NCBI RefSeq assembly: GCF_001194135.2
Contig: NC_068984.1
Location: 41,206,289-41,270,288, forward strand
Source: Octopus bimaculoides
Taxonomy: Eukaryota
Direction of reading: 5' to 3'
DNA length: 64,000 nucleotides
In this document: one piece after another, positions 40,501 to 51,589 of the stretch
How positions within the stretch are numbered: the stretch's first letter is position 1
Layout: the number at the start of each line of letters is the position of its first letter
The notes under the pieces: model-generated
Database searches by the model: none
Seen by the model: only the letters and a program-made list of their open reading frames with translations
What the model was told of the DNA's origin: nothing
Program-made: the position numbers and the translations under genes

Positions 40501-41632
40501 AACTTAAACTATGCAAGGTAAGAGTCTGTGCAAGCTATCAGTAAACTAGCCAGGTGGTCGCAGGAATTCGAAGTTCCTGCTCGTAAGTTAGTGCGGATTA
40601 TAAAAGTCCCGGCAGCATCAGCGTTCGAGAAATTGGTGCTGTATCTCTATCCTTATCTTCGCTATAGATGAGACAGATTCAGTACTAAAGGTGACGTAAG
40701 GAGATAGGTACCTTCTCCCCTCTGCAGGAAGCTGTCTGAAATCTGCTTTACAATAAACAGCATCAATACTGACTGTCACAACTTGTTTCTTTTCTCTAAG
40801 GGTATACTGCTCTCACTTTCGTCTTCCTAGTCTCGTTCAATCGGCTGCAGTATAGTTGCTGTGCAGATAGATCACGTGAAGGGAGGAGAACTTGCATGCA
40901 CGGAAAAACTTGCTGAAGCCTACGCTTTGAAATAGGAGTTTCTTGTTTCAGAGCGTCTGTAACAGACGACAAATACGTGTGCATGTGTGTGTATGAGGGT
41001 GAGAGAGAGAGAGAGAAAGAGAGAGAGAGGGAGAGAGAGAGGGAGAGAGAGAGAGAGAGATATATAGAGAGAGAGACAGAGAGAAAGAGAGAGAATAGAA
41101 GAGAGAAGAGGAGAGGGTGAAGAGGAGAGAGTGTTGTGTGTGTGTGAGTGTGTGGAGTGAGCGCTCGATATGTGTGTGTGGATGCATATGCGTATACATT
41201 ATGTAATGAAGACCCAGAGTTGTTACTCGCCATTGAATGTGATTTGATAGTATGTACTGTACTTTTGCTTATCGGTTTTATTCTTTAGGTGGCTATTTAG
41301 TCAAATGTCTTGAGCAAATGTCATCTACTATAGCTCCGTGCGAGCACTTGCCTGCATTTCCTTGCGCTTGTTCTCCCACGCCGCTTGACAACCGATTTTG
41401 GTTCCCGTAGAGTAGCGGTTCGGCAAAAAAGACCGATTGAATAAATACTTTTAAAAAGTAGGATTGAATAAGTACTTCAAAAAATAAGTTCTGGAGTCGA
41501 TTTGTTCGATTAAAAACACTTCATGGAGTTTACCAGCATAGCTTCAATCCAATAACTGAAACAAGTAAAAAGATGAAAAAAAGATTTTTTAAAAATTGAA
41601 ATAATAGAAGCATACATACATACATACATACA

Positions 41633-41664
<32 letters not shown>

Positions 41665-41765
41665 CATACATACATACATATATATATAAACAATATATGA
41701 GTATATGCATATATATGTACATGTATGTATATACGTTCATCCACATGTACATATAGATACATAAC

Positions 41766-41932
41766 TGGGTACATGACGTGGCAAAAGAACAAGGACAAAA
41801 ATGGTAAACGAGGTGCAACAAACAAGCAGGCCACATAGAAACATCCCCTTCATCAGCTGCCACCATTAAAACTCCGGCGTTTCGAAGAATTAAGGCAGTA
41901 CGCATCGTTAAAATGGTTCTTCCCACGAACAC
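41766..41932. mobile_element. Diverged relative of family H2
   Basis: Starts tgggtaca like 32735; shares cccttcatcag, actcc and tttcga at equivalent positions. Confidence 0.5.
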
Positions 41933-42519
41933 NNNNNNNNNNNNNNNNNNNNNNNNNNNNNNNNNNNNNNNNNNNNNNNNNNNNNNNNNNNNNNNNNNNN
42001 NNNNNNNNNNNNNNNNNNNNNNNNNNNNNNNNNNNNNNNNNNNNNNNNNNNNNNNNNNNNNNNNNNNNNNNNNNNNNNNNNNNNNNNNNNNNNNNNNNNN
42101 NNNNNNNNNNNNNNNNNNNNNNNNNNNNNNNNNNNNNNNNNNNNNNNNNNNNNNNNNNNNNNNNNNNNNNNNNNNNNNNNNNNNNNNNNNNNNNNNNNNN
42201 NNNNNNNNNNNNNNNNNNNNNNNNNNNNNNNNNNNNNNNNNNNNNNNNNNNNNNNNNNNNNNNNNNNNNNNNNNNNNNNNNNNNNNNNNNNNNNNNNNNN
42301 NNNNNNNNNNNNNNNNNNNNNNNNNNNNNNNNNNNNNNNNNNNNNNNNNNNNNNNNNNNNNNNNNNNNNNNNNNNNNNNNNNNNNNNNNNNNNNNNNNNN
42401 NNNATATATAGGGGCTTATATATATATAGTATATATATATATATATATATATAAGCAATGTTAATTCTCTAAATGAAGTATTAACAGTAACTGCACGATA
42501 AAGTGTAGTATATTGCCAC

Positions 42520-42800
42520 TTAAGTGTGGCTGACCCCTAGGGGTGGATGTTACTGTTGCTTTTAGCCCCAGGAGGACATCTCCTCCAGCTGGCTTATCGA
42601 CACACGACTGTGTCCTGTTTGCCAAGGGAAGTTATCCCTCTCACCTCGATCTGCAGCACGAACGTATCCGGATTTCAGGGTTATTTCCCTTCGTCGGCGT
42701 CCGAAGATATAAAAACTACAACTGTCACTCATAATCAAATCAAGTCCGACGAGATCACATATACCATCATCCGCTTGTTGTTTTAGGTGTCGCGAGCAAA
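42520..42800 (-). mobile_element. Penelope-like terminal repeat, family H3
   Basis: Contains a minimal hammerhead motif; adjacent to TA arrays; its start is duplicated at 43520-43532. Confidence 0.55.
42660..42702 (-). ncRNA. Minimal hammerhead ribozyme motif (U4C in this copy)
   Basis: ggacg-CCGACGA-AGGG(aaauaa)CCCU-GAAAU(CCGG)AUA-cguuc; 5-bp stem I, palindromic loop III. Confidence 0.6.
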
Positions 42801-43121
42801 CAGTCACCGTTTTTACCCCTTAGGTGACCCCATCCTTTAACGAGCGGAACACCCAGAATATGACACTTGGAGGGGGAGTTGGCTGCACCATACCAGCTAC
42901 CTACTTTCTACTGAGTTGATTAGAGTAGCGTAAAATGAAGGAGTGCTTTGTTCAAGAGCACAATACGTCGTCTTATCAGAGTGTTGAAGCTTCGAACTTA
43001 ACGTTAGTAAAACCACTTGGCCAAGCAACTTTAATATGTGTGTGCGCACGCGTGTGTCTATCTATCTATTTATCTATCTATACACACACACACANNNNNN
43101 NNNNAACAAAAGAATAAAAGA

Positions 43122-43157
<36 letters not shown>

Positions 43158-43370
43158 GCACATACGTATATATACATGTTTGTGTGTGTGTAACAAATTA
43201 AAAGCGTGGCTTATTAGCAATTAGAACCTAAAGGCTAATAGAGGTCACAACCTAATAGAGGTCACAAAATTGACGGACGATGCTGACTAGCACCGCTTAT
43301 GCTAAAATGGGAATTAAATTAACTCTAAAGATACAATATATATATATATATATATAGGCTTATATATATA

Positions 43371-43406
<36 letters not shown>

Positions 43407-44334
43407 GCTTATATATATATAGTATATATATATATATATATATATAAGCAATGTTAATTCTCTAAATGAAGTATTAACAGTAACTGCACGATAAAGTGTA
43501 GTATATTGCCACTTAAGTGTGGCTGACCCCTANNNNNNNNNNNNNNNNNNNNNNNNNNNNNNNNNNNNNNNNNNNNNNNNNNNNNNNNNNNNNNNNNNNN
43601 NNNNNNNNNNNNNNNNNNNNNNNNNNNNNNNNNNNNNNNNNNNNNNNNNNNNNNNNNNNNNNNNNNNNNNNNNNNNNNNNNNNNNNNNNNNNNNNNNNNN
43701 NNNNNNNNNNNNNNNNNNNNNNNNNNNNNNNNNNNNNNNNNNNNNNNNNNNNNNNNNNNNNNNNNNNNNNNNNNNNNNNNNNNNNNNNNNNNNNNNNNNN
43801 NNNNNNNNNNNNNNNNNNNNNNNNNNNNNNNNNNNNNNNNNNNNNNNNNNNNNNNNNNNNNNNNNNNNNNNNNNNNNNNNNNNNNNNNNNNNNNNNNNNN
43901 NNNNNNNNNNNNNNNNNNNNNNNNNNNNNNNNNNNNNNNNNNNNNNNNNNNNNNNNNNNNNNNNNNNNNNNNNNNNNNNNNNNNNNNNNNNNNNNNNNNN
44001 NNNNNNNNNNNNNNNNNNNNNNNNNNNNNNNNNNNNNNNNNNNNNNNNNNNNNNNNNNNNNNNNNNNNNNNNNNNNNNNNNNNNNNNNNNNNNNNNNNNN
44101 NNNNNNNNNNNNNNNNNNNNNNNNNNNNNNNNNNNNNNNNNNNNNNNNNNNNNNNNNNNNNNNNNNNNNNNNNNNNNNNNNNNNNNNNNNNNNNNNNNNN
44201 NNNNNNNNNNNNNNNNNNNNNNNNNNNNNNNNNNNNNNNNNNNNNNNNNNNNNNNNNNNNNNNNNNNNNNNNNNNNNNNNNNNNNNNNNNNNNNNNNNNN
44301 NNNNNNNNNNNNNNNNCATACATATATGTATATA

Positions 44335-44865
44335 CAGGTTGTCCCAAAAAGATGTACTCACTCTTTGACTTCCCAGTACTCATGCACTTTTTTGTTCAAG
44401 TAGATGTTTATTGATATACATACAATCCTAAAAAGTTAAATTAAATTCAGGAAAATAAATTGTTGTGGAAACGATTATTATTGTCATTTAGAATTATTTA
44501 ATGTTCTCTCTCATTCCTGCGTGTTCGCAAATGTTCCAACTGCCTTCCTTCATTTTCCAAACAAAGCTGATAACGTCCAACAATGGATTCGACAACATTG
44601 CCAAGCATTTTATTTGGAATTTCATTTTTCAAATCTTCAATCGTCACTGGTTTTGCAGCGTAAACCTTATCTTTGAGATGTCTCCATAAAAAAAAAAAAT
44701 CCATTGGCGTGAGGTCTGGAGAACGTATAGGAAATTCAACGCTACCTCTCCTCCCAATCTATTTATTTGGATTTGTTGCATCGAGGTAAGCCCGTACATC
44801 ACAAAAAAAACAATACATTAGTAACCGTCTGTCAAAGAGTGAGTACATCTTTTTGGGACACCCTG
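44335..44865 (-). mobile_element. Internally deleted Tc1/mariner element (rosa-like C-terminus)
   Basis: TA flanks; 35-bp TIRs with one mismatch (cagg[t/g]tgtcccaaaaagatgtactcactctttgac); retains SPDLTPMDFFFLWRHLKDKVY...QLCLENEGRQLEHL. Confidence 0.88.
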
Positions 44866-44990
44866 TATGTACATATGTGCATAGACATATATATATATAT
44901 AAATATATATATACATATATATACGCATATATATATACATATATATGTATATATGTGTGTGTGCGCGCGTGCGCGTATATACACATATTG

Positions 44991-45119
44991 TTCTCAAACA
45001 AGAATGTTATTGACAGTGACTTGGAAGTTTCGGTCAGCTAAACTATTGTCTGAGTGTCAAACGATAGCTTAGCTGACCAAAACTTCGAAGTCATTGTCAA
45101 CAATATTCTTGCTTAAGAA
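44991..45119. repeat. 129-bp imperfect palindrome
   Basis: Arms 44999-45049 and 45061-45111 differ at 7 of 51 positions; 11-nt loop; weaker outer extension. Confidence 0.9.
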
Positions 45120-45223
45120 TGATAGATTTGTACTCCACAAAAGTATACAGTAACCCATCAAATTAATGTGAAATTATTTACATTATTTACATTTGACGGA
45201 TATTTGTCATCTTGTTTGTTGTT

Positions 45224-45269
45224 AACACAACGTTTCGGCTGATATACCCTCCAGCCTTCATCAGGTGTT
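45224..45269 (-). ncRNA. Minimal hammerhead ribozyme, canonical core
   Basis: aacac-CUGAUGA-A-GGCUG(gaggguauau)CAGCC-GAAAC-GUU-guguu; perfect 5-bp stems I and II. Confidence 0.8.
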
Positions 45270-45553
45270 TTGGGGAAATTTCGAACGGGTGGATGACGGA
45301 CTTCAGTCTTCATTCTCTGATTTTGAGTTTCATAAACTTCTTAATCTGGCGTGTCTTCACCATTTCAAATTCTTTCATGTACGACTTTTCCAGATCTTGT
45401 TGGATTCTCTTTCTATCATCATCTATGGTTATTTTTCTAATTAATGAAGATAACCTCTCTTTGATTTCGTTATTTAGTTGGTGATTTTTTACAACGGTTG
45501 TAACGAATCCTCTCACGGACGAGGGCATGTCCTGCCCTTTCCGCTACTCTTCT

Positions 45554-45595
45554 AGCTACTAATCCCAAGATTCCGAGTTCGATTCCATACAGTGA

Positions 45596-45597
<2 letters not shown>
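45554..45597 (+). other. tRNA-like 3' half with Pol III B box
   Basis: agctactaatcccaagattccgagttcgattcc; B box at 45575-86. Resembles the anticodon-to-T-arm portion of tRNA-Ile(AAU) as recalled. A box absent. Confidence 0.5.
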
Positions 45598-45637
<40 letters not shown>

Positions 45638-45831
45638 CATAAAAAAATACCTCAGGTTCGAAATTTCCCTAAGACACCTGATGAAGGCTGGAGGGTATAT
45701 CAGACAACAAGATGAGGACAAATATCCGTCAAATGTAAATAATGTAAATAATGTACATACTTCCTCATCTCTTAAATATAGAAATGTAATGTGAAATTGT
45801 TTTATTATAACTGAACATAAAAACAAACATG

Positions 45832-45877
<46 letters not shown>

Positions 45878-46152
45878 GATACAGTATATATATATGTGTG
45901 TGTGTGTGTGTACGTATGCATGTATATATGAATGTATGTATGTATGTATGTACATACGTACGTACGTATGTATGTATGTATGTATGTATGTATGTATGTA
46001 TGTATGTATGTACACACACGCCTGCCCGCACACGTGTATGTGTGAGTGTGACTTGCGCGTGTGTATGTGTGCAAGTATCATGGCATTGTGCTGAAATTAC
46101 CATAGGACAACAATTATATAATGTAAGAATATGCGTGGGGAGGGAGATAGAG

Positions 46153-46189
<37 letters not shown>

Positions 46190-46534
46190 AAGACAGCGCG
46201 AGAAAAGGTGGAAACGCACACCTAAATTCATGTGATCATACTTATTCACGTGTATATACAGCAACACACATGTGCCCAGATCCTTTGTTTGTCTACCATC
46301 AGTCACATGTGTGTACATATTTCTGGATGTTCTCATACTTACATGAATAGACGTAAACACTTATACTTCAAATCATGGAATAAATCTTATGCTATGAAGA
46401 AATCTAGTTTCCAACACAATCCTTCATGGAAAAGCGATTAAACACATGCCTATTCTTACACATACAAGTATATATTTACACATACATACATACATACATA
46501 CATACATACATACATACATACATACATACATACA

Positions 46535-47540
46535 TAAACTGTCCTGTAATAAACTTAGAAAATCCTTCTGTTATGGAATACATTTATAAAAACCAACTCA
46601 AGTAATACTGGTGGAATATTCCCATCAAAACTTCTGTCAAATGTAAACTTAACAGGCCGGATATTGTTGTTTGGGACAGAGGGGAAAAGGTGTGTAACAT
46701 CATAGCAGTCAGCTACCCTGCAGATATAAATATCACTTTGGAAATTAAAGAAAAAGAGGATATCTATGAACAACTGCTTCGAAACCTCCAGCTTCTATAT
46801 CCAGACTATGAATTCATATTCACTCCGTCGGTTACGACAACGAGGGTTCCAGTTGATCCGATCAACGGAACAGCCCGCTCGTGAAATTAATGTGCAAGTG
46901 GCTGAGCTCTCCACAGACACGTGGGAGATTCGGCGTGACACGGAGTGTGACAAGGCTGGCCCTTTGAAATACAGGCGCAACAGAAACAGGAAGAAAGAGT
47001 GAGAGAAAGTTGTAGTGAAAGAGTACAGCAGGGTTCGCCACCATCCCCTGCCGGAGCCTCGTAGAGCTTTAGGTGTTTTCGCTCAATAAACACTCACAAT
47101 GCNNNNNNNNNNNNNNNNNNNNNNNNNNNNNNNNNNNNNNNNNNNNNNNNNNNNNNNNNNNNNNNNNNNNNNNNNNNNNNNNNNNNNNNNNNNNNNNNNN
47201 NNNNNNNNNNNNNNNNNNNNNNNNNNNNNNNNNNNNNNNNNNNNNNNNNNNNNNNNNNNNNNNNNNNNNNNNNNNNNNNNNNNNNNAATAATAATTGGTG
47301 CACTAGGTTTTGTTAATAAATGCTTAAAGGAGAATCTGGATAAACTAGAATTTTCAGAAAGAGAATTCGACCAGCTAATTCGTACATTACAAGTGCAACC
47401 TGTGAGTGGAACAGTAAAAATATGCAAGACTTTTCTCAAGTTCCAAATATGAATTTGTCCTAAATACGGAGCCTTGTATCTTTGTTGGAAACTGGCTCCC
47501 TCCTCAGTGGAAGATTTATAATAACTAAAAAAATAGAAGA
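46535..47540 (+). mobile_element. Second R4/Dong-clade family, RLE domain, interrupted by SINE C
   Basis: YWWNIPIK..NRPDIVVWD..ADINI...KEKEDIY..FIFTP | SINE plus gap | IIGALGFV..LQVQPVSGTVKICKTFL*; (CATA)n on both flanks. Confidence 0.85.
46823..47102 (-). mobile_element. SINE family C
   Basis: Same body as 31035-31336; inserted between FTP and IIGALG of the R4 ORF. Confidence 0.85.
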
Positions 47541-47924
47541 GGCACATACATACATACATACATACATACATACATGCATAGAAAGAGAATTGAAACATTG
47601 GTGTAACCATGATGCTCTGGTGGTCTGATGAGCTTGCTTTCTTTATCTGTATTGATTTGTAAATATACAATTGTATATTAGTGCCAAGATATAAAATTAT
47701 TAAAAACTAAAATTATTATTACTTGATGAAGGCTGCGAAACGGCCGTAATCCTAAGGATGACTAGTGGTTAAATATACTCACCTCTCATACTTACTGACT
47801 TTTTATGGTTTATTTATCTGTGTGTGTGTGTGTGTGTGTGTGTGCGTGCGCGCACACGTGTGTGATTACAGTTGTCCTGTAATCTTTGACTATTACGACT
47901 TTTATCAGCTATCGTTTATGAATC

Positions 47925-48118
47925 TCACACTGGGAAAATCATTAGCAGGCCGGATAAAGTGCTTAGTGGCATTTCTTCCGACTTTACGATCAAATTACAC
48001 CGTGATCGACTTTGCTTTTCATATTTTTGGGGTCAATAAAATAAGTGCCGGTTGAGCCATGGGCTCGAAGTAATCGATTTCATCCTTCCCTAACAAGTGC
48101 TGGCCTTGTGCCAAAAGA
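47925..48118 (+). mobile_element. SINE family A, diverged
   Basis: gatcgactttgcttttcatatttttggggtcaataaaataagtgcc...ggccttgtgccaaaa. Confidence 0.7.
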
Positions 48119-48729
48119 GTTATCTGTCGTTTGATAAATCTGTGTGGGTCATTTTACCAATAGAATCAAGCACGTTGGTTATATTTCGCTTCTGTTCATT
48201 ATTATTAGTCAACTAGTTAATTAATTAATTAACTAATCGATTGCTTGACCAGTTGTTTGATCGATCAGTCAATCAGTTGGTTTGTCACCCAACTTTGTCG
48301 CCATTTGCCACCTCATCGGTGACATGACTTCATCTACTCCAAGTTTGTAACAACCACAACATCTCATGCGAAAACAACAAATGAATAACTACTAGAAAAG
48401 ATTGTTGCTAGACAGAGAAACACTAATCAAGCATCGTTGACCACAGAGAAGTTCCAATTAACTTTTGTGGTCGAACGTTTATCAGTTCTTCAAAAGATAA
48501 TCTCAGGAATGTCTTTCATCTGAGTTGCATAAAGTGAATGATAAACCTCAAAGAAGCTAATTATAATTATTGATATTTTAGCCAGCTGCAACAATATACT
48601 GTGTTCTTTGAGAAGAAAGCAGATCAAATTTATAGAATCACTAGGTAAAAGTATACTATACACAACACCTAAGTGGCTTTTTCAGGAAAAATATTTTTAA
48701 AAAAAACATAACCAAAAGCAATGACAACA

Positions 48730-48960
48730 AAACAGTGATATTTTTCTCTCTCCCCGTTTTTTCTCTCTCCTTGCTTTTTCTCTCTCCGTTTTATTTTTCT
48801 CTCCTTATATCCTCATTTTTTCCTTTCATCATTTTCTGTCGAAGATCGTAGGCTCGAAGCGTCAAAGACTTTTCCATTCTTCCCAAACATGGAACTAATA
48901 CACCTACCTTTTGTTCCCTCACCTGTCTTTGTCTTGTTTTCTGTACATTTGAACCAGATA
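48730..48960 (+). mobile_element. Penelope-like terminal repeat, family H1
   Basis: Reverse-complement similarity to 17801-17940 and 57190-57300; ends at (TA)n and a gap. Confidence 0.55.
48832..48868 (+). ncRNA. Decayed hammerhead motif, variant core CUGUCGA
   Basis: uuuu-CUGUCGA-A-GAUC(guag)GCUC-GAAGC-GUC-aaaga; GAAA mutated. Confidence 0.4.
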
Positions 48961-49478
48961 TATGTATATGTATATATATATATATATNNNNNNNNNNNNN
49001 NNNNNNNNNNNNNNNNNNNNNNNNNNNNNNNNNNNNNNNNNNNNNNNNNNNNNNNNNNNNNNNNNNNNNNNNNNNNNNNNNNNNNNNNNNNNNNNNNNNN
49101 NNNNNNNNNNNNNNNNNNNNNNNNNNNNNNNNNNNNNNNNNNNNNNNNNNNNNNNNNNNNNNNNNNNNNNNNNNNNNNNNNNNNNNNNNNNNNNNNNNNN
49201 NNNNNNNNNNNNNNNNNNNNNNNNNNNNNNNNNNNNNNNNNNNNNNNNNNNNNNNNNNNNNNNNNNNNNNNNNNNNNNNNNNNNNNNNNNNNNNNNNNNN
49301 NNNNNNNNNNNNNNNNNNNNNNNNNNNNNNNNNNNNNNNNNNNNNNNNNNNNNNNNNNNNNNNNNNNNNNNNNNNNNNNNNNNNNNNNNNNNNNNNNNNN
49401 NNNNNNNNNNNNNNNNNNNNNNNNNNNNNNNNNNNNNNNNNNNNNNNNNNNNNNNNNNNNNNNNNNNNNNNNNNNNNN

Positions 49479-49517
<39 letters not shown>

Positions 49518-49619
49518 TGTTTTTATGTCAGTTTGACATTCTCTCTAGAGCAAACTTACTGCATATGTCATGCATGATTATCATAAAGTGTAGCTTTATG
49601 TTAATACCTTGCATAGAGA

Positions 49620-51150
49620 GACTCGTACACCAGTTTTGTTCCTTGACCTCTTTCTGAATACCCTTCCAATTAGCTTTATGGAAGTTCAGGCAGGAGAGGT
49701 GGTGGGTGCTTTAAGTAGCTTGCATGTCTGTAGCTTCCTGTGGACCATACATTGGTAGTATGTTAACTTATGGTCCGAGAAAATAGTCGGTGTCACCTTA
49801 ACATTATGGATGAGTGCTGTGTTATTTGTGAAGCAGAGTTCTAGAACATTTTTACCCTTCATAAAGAGCGTGTTTGTGAGGTCAAGCAGAGAGTCTGCTT
49901 GCCTTTCTTCATTTAGTGACATACCTGAGAGAAGACGGCCCTCATGCCATTCGACATTAGGAGGGTTGAAGTCTCCTAGAAATGTGAAGGCTGACATCTA
50001 GGTTGGTTAATATTCCTTCCGTTATCGAATGAGTCCCCATGATCTAGTGGACGATATGTAGTACATATTGCCGTTTTGATCTGTTTCATGTGTACTATTA
50101 GAGTGTCACAGACCGAATTTGAGTGTAACAGCAGAAGTACAGGCGCAACATCTTCCCGGATATACATTACAACCCCCCATGAGTTTTTCTCTCCTCTCAG
50201 TTCAAAATACAACACGTTTTGGTTTGTGTATCTCAGCATCTCACATGTCAGTGTTCAGATGTATTCCTATTTGGGTCGTGCACATTGTTTGATTACATGT
50301 AACTAAGTCTGTCATGTATCGGGTTTTGCATTGGTGCGATGTTACAAGGTTTCTGACATTCAGTAGGAATATTGGTGTGACATGTAGGGTGTCTGTAGTG
50401 GCTACTGGTATGACATTTTAAAGGCGTCAGAGGTAGCCACCCTAGCTCTTTTGTTGATTGCCGTAGTCTTCAGTGTTGGTACGTGTATCTCAAACTCAAT
50501 ATGATGAAGCCTTACAGTTCTCTGCATCATTTCCAAGAAAGACCGTTGTGCAGCAGCCGCAGTCCCCAACGTGTCCACTTCTTAGGAGCAGTACGTGAAC
50601 CATCCACATATTTCCCAGTTGGAGGCATCGTGTATTGTGACATTGTCATGTTCCCTTGTTGATCCTGATAGAATTGTTTGTCTCTTCGGAGACATTTCTC
50701 CCTGGCCTTGGGGTGAGCGAAACAAGTACTGTTCACATGGAACTTGGGATGAGTAAATCTACAGCATATCCCAATGTCTCCATGCCAGCAGGTACCCATT
50801 GAATAGAACTTACAGACTGGGGTTTCTTTTCTCAGAGCCTTTGTTTTCGCAAGTTCTGCTTCTTTTTGATTTTGCGCTTACCTTGGACCTATGCCCATCC
50901 TCTGTTTGCTTGCTAGCTTGTGGCTTCATGTTCTTTGACTTCCTTCATCTTCATATATATATATGATTATAAGGTGTTGGATATGTAATGCATTAAGTTG
51001 AAAAACTCTTTCATCAAACGAAATTATCAAAGTAATGAGTTGACAAAAACTCCCTAAAACCCATTCTAGGAGTTTTTGTCTACTTATTACTTGGATACTT
51101 TCAGTTGAATCAGTAGACGACAACCAAGGGAGATAGCTTTAATAAGGGTA
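49620..51150 (-). mobile_element. CR1-group LINE relic (ORF1 with CCCH fingers plus APE)
   Basis: PVCKFYSMGTCWHGDIGICCRFTHP; GVVMYIRE, TYRP, FLGDFNPPNVEW, LELCFTNN, FSDH. Confidence 0.8.
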
Positions 51151-51589
51151 GTTTAAATATTTAGGACAATACAAACCATGCAGACTGGTAGTGGATAAGA
51201 ATTTTTACATCTATAGTAAACTCAAGAAGATGACAGTTATTAATATCCAGTTTGTTCAGTTTCACTCTATTTGAAGTTGCTTCAGTAACTGCTAAATTCG
51301 CAATGATGGAATACGAAAGTTTAAGCGTATTTTTTGTTTCCACGTTGCAACGGAAAATTTCTACAAAGAATTTCGTAGACCTTTAGAATGCAATTTTTCA
51401 CCGGCTGATAGAAGAATGGACAATGCTAGGTGATATTCATTTTCCTATTTCTTTTCTTTGTTTTATCTATTTTAGAATTAGATCTGCTCCTCCTATCTCA
51501 GTTAGACTGTCCTCTAGAAGCCCGTGCTTCTTTGGTGGTTTCATCACATTCATATTCTTCCAATGACCGATTATCACACGTCACACCAT

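Larger units (their letters stand above)
45120..45790. mobile_element. Penelope-like element fragment with inverted terminal copies (family H4)
   Basis: Minus strand: ORF N-terminus ERAGHALVRERIRYN...KTRQIKKFMKL joined to a hammerhead-bearing repeat. The same repeat recurs on the plus strand at about 45650-45760. Confidence 0.75.

Noticed and set aside
40520-40700. KLARWSQEFE resembling the Gypsy RNase H end
   Set aside because: Too short and degenerate to support.
43288-43336. Weak resemblance to the U6 snRNA 5' region (agcac..ctaaaat.ggaa..gataca)
   Set aside because: Short, needs a large insertion, and lacks the ACAGAGA box.
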